A stretch of DNA of 53,740 nt from an uncultured Alphaproteobacteria bacterium (GTDB taxonomy: Bacteria; Pseudomonadota; Alphaproteobacteria; Methylaequorales; Methylaequoraceae): assembly GCA_902590895.1 (NCBI GenBank), contig CACIYM010000004.1:1-53740 (forward strand), in the 5' to 3' direction. The notes under the pieces were generated by a model. The model had not been told where the DNA came from. It made no database searches and worked only from the letters and a program-made list of their open reading frames with translations. A program made the position numbers and the translations under genes. Shown here in pieces: positions 49,004-53,740 of the stretch; within the stretch, counting starts at the first letter, position 1, and each line of letters starts with the position of its first letter.

Positions 49004-49889
49004 TTTTATCTCTTTAGTAAATAATGAATTTACACATAATATTTCTATATTAGATAGAGGCTTTGCCTATGGCGATGGTTTTTTCGAAACTATGTTATGG
49101 AAACACTTAGGAGGTGTTGTGAAACCAAATTTAAAAGTTGAATTCTGGGAAAAACATTATGACAGAATTAAAAAAGGATGTGATTTAATGGAAATAAAAC
49201 TTCCAAATTTAATCGATTTGTTGAAGCAAAGAGAAAAAATCTTACAAAGATCATTCCTTAATGCGTCTTTACAAGAAGGTATTTTAAAACTAATTATCAC
49301 CAGAGGAATTGGTGGAAGAGGATATAAATTTGATAATAATATGAAACCTACGATTGCTTTTTTATCATTTCCAAAACCAAAAATTAATCCATTAGTTTAT
49401 GAAGATGGCGTAAAAGTTAGATTTTGTAAAAATAAACTCTACTCACACAATAGGCTGTCTGGTTTAAAACACATGAACAGGCTTGACTCTGTATTAGCAC
49501 GATCAGAATGGGAGGATGAATTTTTTGAGGGAATTATTCTAGACGAAGATACTAATTTAGTAGAGGGAACTATGACAAATATTTTTTTTGTTAAGGGAGA
49601 TATTCTGATAACACCCCCCATTGAAAAAACAGGTATCAACGGAATTTTAAGACAAGTGGTGATTGAAAAAGCAAAAAACTACTTTAAAAGAATCGAAATT
49701 TCTAAAGTCAACAAGAAAATCCTAGGTAGTTTTGACCAAATGTTTTTAACAAATTCCGTTATGAAAATAGTACCAGTAAAAAAGTTAGGGAGAAAAAAAT
49801 TTTCCATTGGAGAGAATTTAAAAAAACTAGTTAATTTTTTTAATTTAAACAACAGACTTGAATTAAAAAAAAATTTAGAACTTTCATAG
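48993..49889 (+). CDS. pabC: Aminodeoxychorismate lyase (PLP fold type IV)
   Basis: DRGFAYGDGFFET, K.IITRG.GGRGY, GLKHMNRL..VLAR, EGTMTNIF, G..GI.R, FLTNS. Confidence 0.88.
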   Translation: MMSDFISLVNNEFTHNISILDRGFAYGDGFFETMLWKHLGGVVKPNLKVEFWEKHYDRIKKGCDLMEIKLPNLIDLLKQREKILQRSFLNASLQEGILKLIITRGIGGRGYKFDNNMKPTIAFLSFPKPKINPLVYEDGVKVRFCKNKLYSHNRLSGLKHMNRLDSVLARSEWEDEFFEGIILDEDTNLVEGTMTNIFFVKGDILITPPIEKTGINGILRQVVIEKAKNYFKRIEISKVNKKILGSFDQMFLTNSVMKIVPVKKLGRKKFSIGENLKKLVNFFNLNNRLELKKNLELS

Positions 49890-50516
49890 GTTCAATTTTT
49901 TTAAAATTGAATTTATCTCCTCTTTTTTTAGAAAATTCTCTTTTTTTAATCTCTCAATTTTAGCATTCAAGAGTTTTTTGTTATTAATAGTTTTAAGAAT
50001 TTCAAGATTTAATTCTATTGAATTAAAATTCTTAGGATTAATTTTGTATATTTTTTCAAGTATCGAAATGGCACTCATTAGTTGATTTGTATTTTTTTTA
50101 AGCATTGCTAATTCGTATAAAATAACTTCATTATTTGGAAAATATTTTAAAGAATTGTTATAGTGTAAATCTGCTTTTTGAAAATGACCAGATATAAAGC
50201 AGGTTCTTGCTAATAACATCCATCCTTCAAAATCATTGGGTTTTTTTTTAAGTTTATTTTCTAAAAAAAAAACAATTTCTTTAGGTTTTAGGTCAGCAAA
50301 CTTCTCAGGATCCTTAGATAATACTCTTATTTGTTTTTCTAGTTTTTTGCTGTAGGAAAATGAATTCTTGTTACCTTTGAAATTGTAAATAATTAGACTT
50401 GCAAAAAAAATAAAACAAAAAGAAAACAAAAAAAACTTTTTATTTTTTGAAAATCTTAGTAAATAAAAAATTGAAAAAAAAATTGTTAAAATTGCCAGAA
50501 ATATAAAAATTCCCAT
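49884..50516 (-). CDS. ccmI: Cytochrome c biogenesis TPR protein CcmI/CycH-like
   Basis: Two TMs, then P.D.EGW.LLAR TPR. Start at 50516 overlaps the ccmH stop. Confidence 0.72.
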   Translation of the reverse strand: MGIFIFLAILTIFFSIFYLLRFSKNKKFFLFSFCFIFFASLIIYNFKGNKNSFSYSKKLEKQIRVLSKDPEKFADLKPKEIVFFLENKLKKKPNDFEGWMLLARTCFISGHFQKADLHYNNSLKYFPNNEVILYELAMLKKNTNQLMSAISILEKIYKINPKNFNSIELNLEILKTINNKKLLNAKIERLKKENFLKKEEINSILKKLNL

Positions 50517-50893
50517 TAATTCTTTCTCCTGAAAAAAAGATATGAAAGAAATATAAAAAATATCAAAGGAAAAATCCATAACCCTAATGTGTCATATCTA
50601 AAGGGTGGGGAAAATAAAACAAAATCTCCATAGCGAGAATGGACAAAAGAGATAATTTCTTTTTTACTTTCTCCCTCAGTAAGTTTTTTCCTTACTAGAA
50701 GCCTCAAATCCTTTGCAATATCAGCATTTGAATTTTCAATATCTTCATTCTGACAAACGAGACATCTTAAATTTCTTCCTATTTCTCTTGCTATTTCTTC
50801 TAGTTCTGTATTTTCTAAGATTTCATCAGGTTCGACAGATTTTGAAAGGTCAGCATTAAAAATTAAAAAAAAAATTGTAATAAAAAGCTTCAT
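50516..50893 (-). CDS. ccmH: Cytochrome c biogenesis protein CcmH/CycL
   Basis: LRCLVCQNE.I..SNA.IA.DLR, RYGDFVL..PP. Confidence 0.95.
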   Translation of the reverse strand: MKLFITIFFLIFNADLSKSVEPDEILENTELEEIAREIGRNLRCLVCQNEDIENSNADIAKDLRLLVRKKLTEGESKKEIISFVHSRYGDFVLFSPPFRYDTLGLWIFPLIFFIFLSYLFFRRKN

Positions 50894-51399
50894 TCTCTTG
50901 CTAGAATTTTAAAAATTTTACTTAAATCTTTTTTAGTTATTGGTCCAACGTGTTTGTATAAAATCTTTCCATCACCGTTAATAAGAAATGTTTCGGGTAG
51001 GCCATAAACTCCCCAATTTATACTGGCAGAACCATCATTGTCCAAACCTATTGCTTTAAAAGGGTTTCCTGACTTCTTTAACCAGTTATAAATTTTATTA
51101 TCACTATCTTTTTTGGCAATACCATAAATTGGAAATTTTTCTGATAATTTAATTAAATTTGGATGCTCTACTTTACAAGGAGGACACCAAGAAGCAAAAA
51201 AATTGACTATCTTTAAATCCTTGCTTTCTAATAAATCTAATTTTTTAAAAAATGGAAAAAGTTTAGTTTTATTTAATTTAAAATCTGGAATTTCCTTTTC
51301 AATTAAATTAGATGGAATTATTGATGGGTCTTTCTCCAATCCCTTATAAAAAAAAAATGATATTATTACTAGAGAGATAACTAGGAAAAAGTACTTCAA
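50890..51399 (-). CDS. ccmG: Thiol:disulfide interchange protein CcmG/DsbE
   Basis: NFFASWCPPCKVEHP, GNPF, WGVYGLPETF. Confidence 0.95.
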   Translation of the reverse strand: MKYFFLVISLVIISFFFYKGLEKDPSIIPSNLIEKEIPDFKLNKTKLFPFFKKLDLLESKDLKIVNFFASWCPPCKVEHPNLIKLSEKFPIYGIAKKDSDNKIYNWLKKSGNPFKAIGLDNDGSASINWGVYGLPETFLINGDGKILYKHVGPITKKDLSKIFKILARE

Positions 51400-53318
51400 T
51401 TTTTAATCCTTAAGGTTTTGATAAGAGATATAGCACCACCCAAACTTAAAAGAAAAACACCAATCCAAATCCATAGTGTAAATGGATTATACCAAATTCT
51501 TGTAGTCCAAGATTGATTATCATTTAGTGAATTTTTATCTCCTATTGCAATATAAAGATCACCAAATATGGTAGAGTATATTGCCGCCTCTGTAGTAATC
51601 TGGTCAGAGGAATTGTAAAACCTTCTTTCAGGATAAAGAGATTTAAGATATTCTCCCTTTTTATAAATTTTAAACTCCCCCATTTCACTAATGTAGTTTG
51701 GGCCCTCAACGTTATTGACTCCCATGAACTTAACATCAAATTTGGATATTGAGATAATTTGATTAGGATCCTGAAATTGGATTTTTTCTTTTTTTAGAAT
51801 TGATGTTCCTGTCGCACCAATAATTAACAGTCCAATACCTATGTGCGCTGTAAGTTGTGAAAGATTTTTTAACGGCACCTTTTTGAAGGTTAATTTAGGT
51901 TTTAGTGAAATAAATTTTGTAAATTCAAATAAAGAACTGGTTATAATCCATGATGAAAAAATGAAAAAGATTATAGACAAGATTGGGCCACCAAAATTCA
52001 AGTACCACACAAACAGAGCAACAATGAAAAAGATAAACAGCAAAATTTTCAATCTGTTAATTAGATTAAAAAAGTCATCATTGCCCCATTTAAGAAAAGG
52101 ACCGAAAATCATCCCTATGACTAGTGGGAAAATTATTGGGGCTAGTATAGAATTAAAAAATGGAGCACCTACCGAAATCTTAGTATTAAAAATTACTCCA
52201 GAAAATAGTGGATATACTGTGCCTAGCAAGATGGTAAAACTTAGTGTGAGCATAAATATATTATTTAACGATATTGCTCCTTCTTTTGAGATTAGATTGA
52301 TGTTATTTTTTTTGGGAAAAAAACTCCCGCTTTTAATGTAAAAAAATAATCCCGCACCTGTAACCAAAATCAATAAAAGTAAAATGAATAACCCTCTGGA
52401 AGGATCGTTTGCAAATGCATGAACTGAGATCAAAACTCCTGATCTCACTAAGAAAGTTCCAAGAAGGCTTAAAGTAAAAGTTATTATTGAAAGTAAAAGA
52501 GTCCATTTTAAAAGTAATTTTCTTTTGCTAGAAATAAGAATTGTGTGAAGAAGAGCTGATGCTGTGAGCCATGGAAGTAGAGAAGCATTTTCTACTGGAT
52601 CCCAAAACCAAAAACCTCCCCAGCCCAATTCATAATAAGCCCACCAGCTTCCAAGCCCAATACCTAAAGTTAAAAAAGTCCAAGAGGCAAAAACCCATGG
52701 TCTTAACACATTTACAAAATCATCTTTTTTGATTTTAAAAAGGAGTACAGCCAAGGAAATCGAGTAAACTATCGAAAATCCAACATATCCAAGATACAAA
52801 AGCGGTGGATGAATTATTAAACCAGGATCTTGAAGTAGTGGATTTAAGTCTGATCCTTCAATTTCTGGAGGAAAACTTCTTTCAAAAGGGTTTGATGTTA
52901 GAACTATAAATAAACCTATTAGAAAAATTAAGGTATTTTGGACGTAAAGTGTTTTAGTTTTTATGTCCTTGTTTTTTATGTTTTGAATTGAGAATAAAAA
53001 ACCGAAAAAAGTCATTACAAGAAGCCACAAAAGTATAGAGCCTTCATGATTTCCCCAAACACCAGTTATTTTATAAATAATTGGAAGTTGAGTATTTGAA
53101 TTGTTCACTACAACATTTAAAGAAAAGTCTGATACTAGAAAAGAGTAAGCCAAACAAAAGAATGACAAAAGTGTAAAAGTAAAAATTAAAACACTAAGTT
53201 TTTCTTGTGAAAATAAAAGAACATTTTTACTGATGTTAGAAAGTATTGGTTGTAAGAAGCCAAAGCTCGAGAAAACCAGAGTTAGAATTAAAAAAAAAAT
53301 ACCTAATTCAGCTATCAT
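51396..53318 (-). CDS. ccmF: Heme lyase CcmF
   Basis: WGNHEGS, LNPLLQDPG..HPP, WWAYYELGWGGFWFWDPVEN, SVHAFA. Start set to MIAELG. Confidence 0.97.
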   Translation of the reverse strand: MIAELGIFFLILTLVFSSFGFLQPILSNISKNVLLFSQEKLSVLIFTFTLLSFFCLAYSFLVSDFSLNVVVNNSNTQLPIIYKITGVWGNHEGSILLWLLVMTFFGFLFSIQNIKNKDIKTKTLYVQNTLIFLIGLFIVLTSNPFERSFPPEIEGSDLNPLLQDPGLIIHPPLLYLGYVGFSIVYSISLAVLLFKIKKDDFVNVLRPWVFASWTFLTLGIGLGSWWAYYELGWGGFWFWDPVENASLLPWLTASALLHTILISSKRKLLLKWTLLLSIITFTLSLLGTFLVRSGVLISVHAFANDPSRGLFILLLLILVTGAGLFFYIKSGSFFPKKNNINLISKEGAISLNNIFMLTLSFTILLGTVYPLFSGVIFNTKISVGAPFFNSILAPIIFPLVIGMIFGPFLKWGNDDFFNLINRLKILLFIFFIVALFVWYLNFGGPILSIIFFIFSSWIITSSLFEFTKFISLKPKLTFKKVPLKNLSQLTAHIGIGLLIIGATGTSILKKEKIQFQDPNQIISISKFDVKFMGVNNVEGPNYISEMGEFKIYKKGEYLKSLYPERRFYNSSDQITTEAAIYSTIFGDLYIAIGDKNSLNDNQSWTTRIWYNPFTLWIWIGVFLLSLGGAISLIKTLRIKN

Positions 53319-53322
53319 GTTA

Positions 53323-53739
53323 CTAGTTACTCGCTTCAAGATTGAGGTCTTTTAACTCTGGCGGCATATAATTCTCATCGTGTTTAGCTAATACATTTAT
53401 AGCATTGAATGAACTGTCTTCATAGTTACCTTCAACAACAACGCCCTGACCTTCCTTAAAAAGATCGGGTAAAATTCCTTTGTAATTAACCTGAATCTCA
53501 TTTTCAAAATCAGTAATAACAAAAGAAATTTTTTGAATCTTGAAATTATCCTCCAAAACCATCTCTTTAAATATACTCTCCTTTTTTACCATCCCACCAA
53601 GTCGAACTTTTTGTGAATTAATGTCACTTTTCCCTAAAAGCTCTGTCGGTGAGTAGAAAAAGACTAGATTTCCCCTCAGGTTGTAGAAAAGTATTATACA
53701 TCCAACTATAAATAAAAAAAGGGATGTACTTAAGGTTAT
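53323..53739 (-). CDS. ccmE: Heme chaperone CcmE, 5'-truncated by the window edge
   Basis: The frame stays open to the edge (..NLVFFYSPTE..VRLGGMV..); YKGILPDLFKEGQGVV, LAKHDENY. Confidence 0.95.
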   Translation of the reverse strand: MTLSTSLFLFIVGCIILFYNLRGNLVFFYSPTELLGKSDINSQKVRLGGMVKKESIFKEMVLEDNFKIQKISFVITDFENEIQVNYKGILPDLFKEGQGVVVEGNYEDSSFNAINVLAKHDENYMPPELKDLNLEASN

Positions 53740-53740
53740 T

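Noticed and set aside
526-52341. Many 60-166 aa ORFs antisense to or nested in long genes (e.g. 20882-21367, 51841-52341, 8040-8225)
   Set aside because: They are shadow frames of well-supported genes and have no recognisable motifs.

Overview
Gene-dense, very AT-rich chromosomal segment, most consistent with a streamlined alphaproteobacterium. The evidence is the acs/DUF1674/rsmB/heparinase-like/purH and yciI-gpsA-tsaD / hemC-hemD-mic60-hemY gene orders, plus an IalB-family gene. The window opens inside a giant (>2,725 aa, 5'-truncated) Ser/Thr/Gly-rich surface protein with about 30 YDG-type repeats and a terminal Cys pair. It then carries a three-gene surface-glycan block, core metabolism genes, and a probable lipid A remodelling module (GT2, LAB_N, ArnT-like, PAP2/LpxE-like). 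Next come a furan/cyclopropane fatty-acid type cluster (COG2907 oxidoreductase, DUF1365, Cfa-type methyltransferase, MFS, DUF3833, SnoaL, SDR), argG, folD, pabB/pabC and ccmE-F-G-H-I (ccmE truncated by the window edge). Elements missing from the ORF track are a 44-aa DUF1674/SDHAF4 gene, a possible 58-aa ORF, and a ~125-nt minus-strand transcription unit bounded by a promoter and a terminator (sRNA with anti-SD motifs and/or a 24-aa hydrophobic peptide). The best candidate for an undescribed system is a 452-aa protein resembling a degenerate family-A/T7-like polymerase fold, apparently co-transcribed with a stand-alone cyclic-nucleotide-binding protein. No tRNA, rRNA, CRISPR array or transposase was seen. 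Family assignments come from motif recognition only; no database searches were run.
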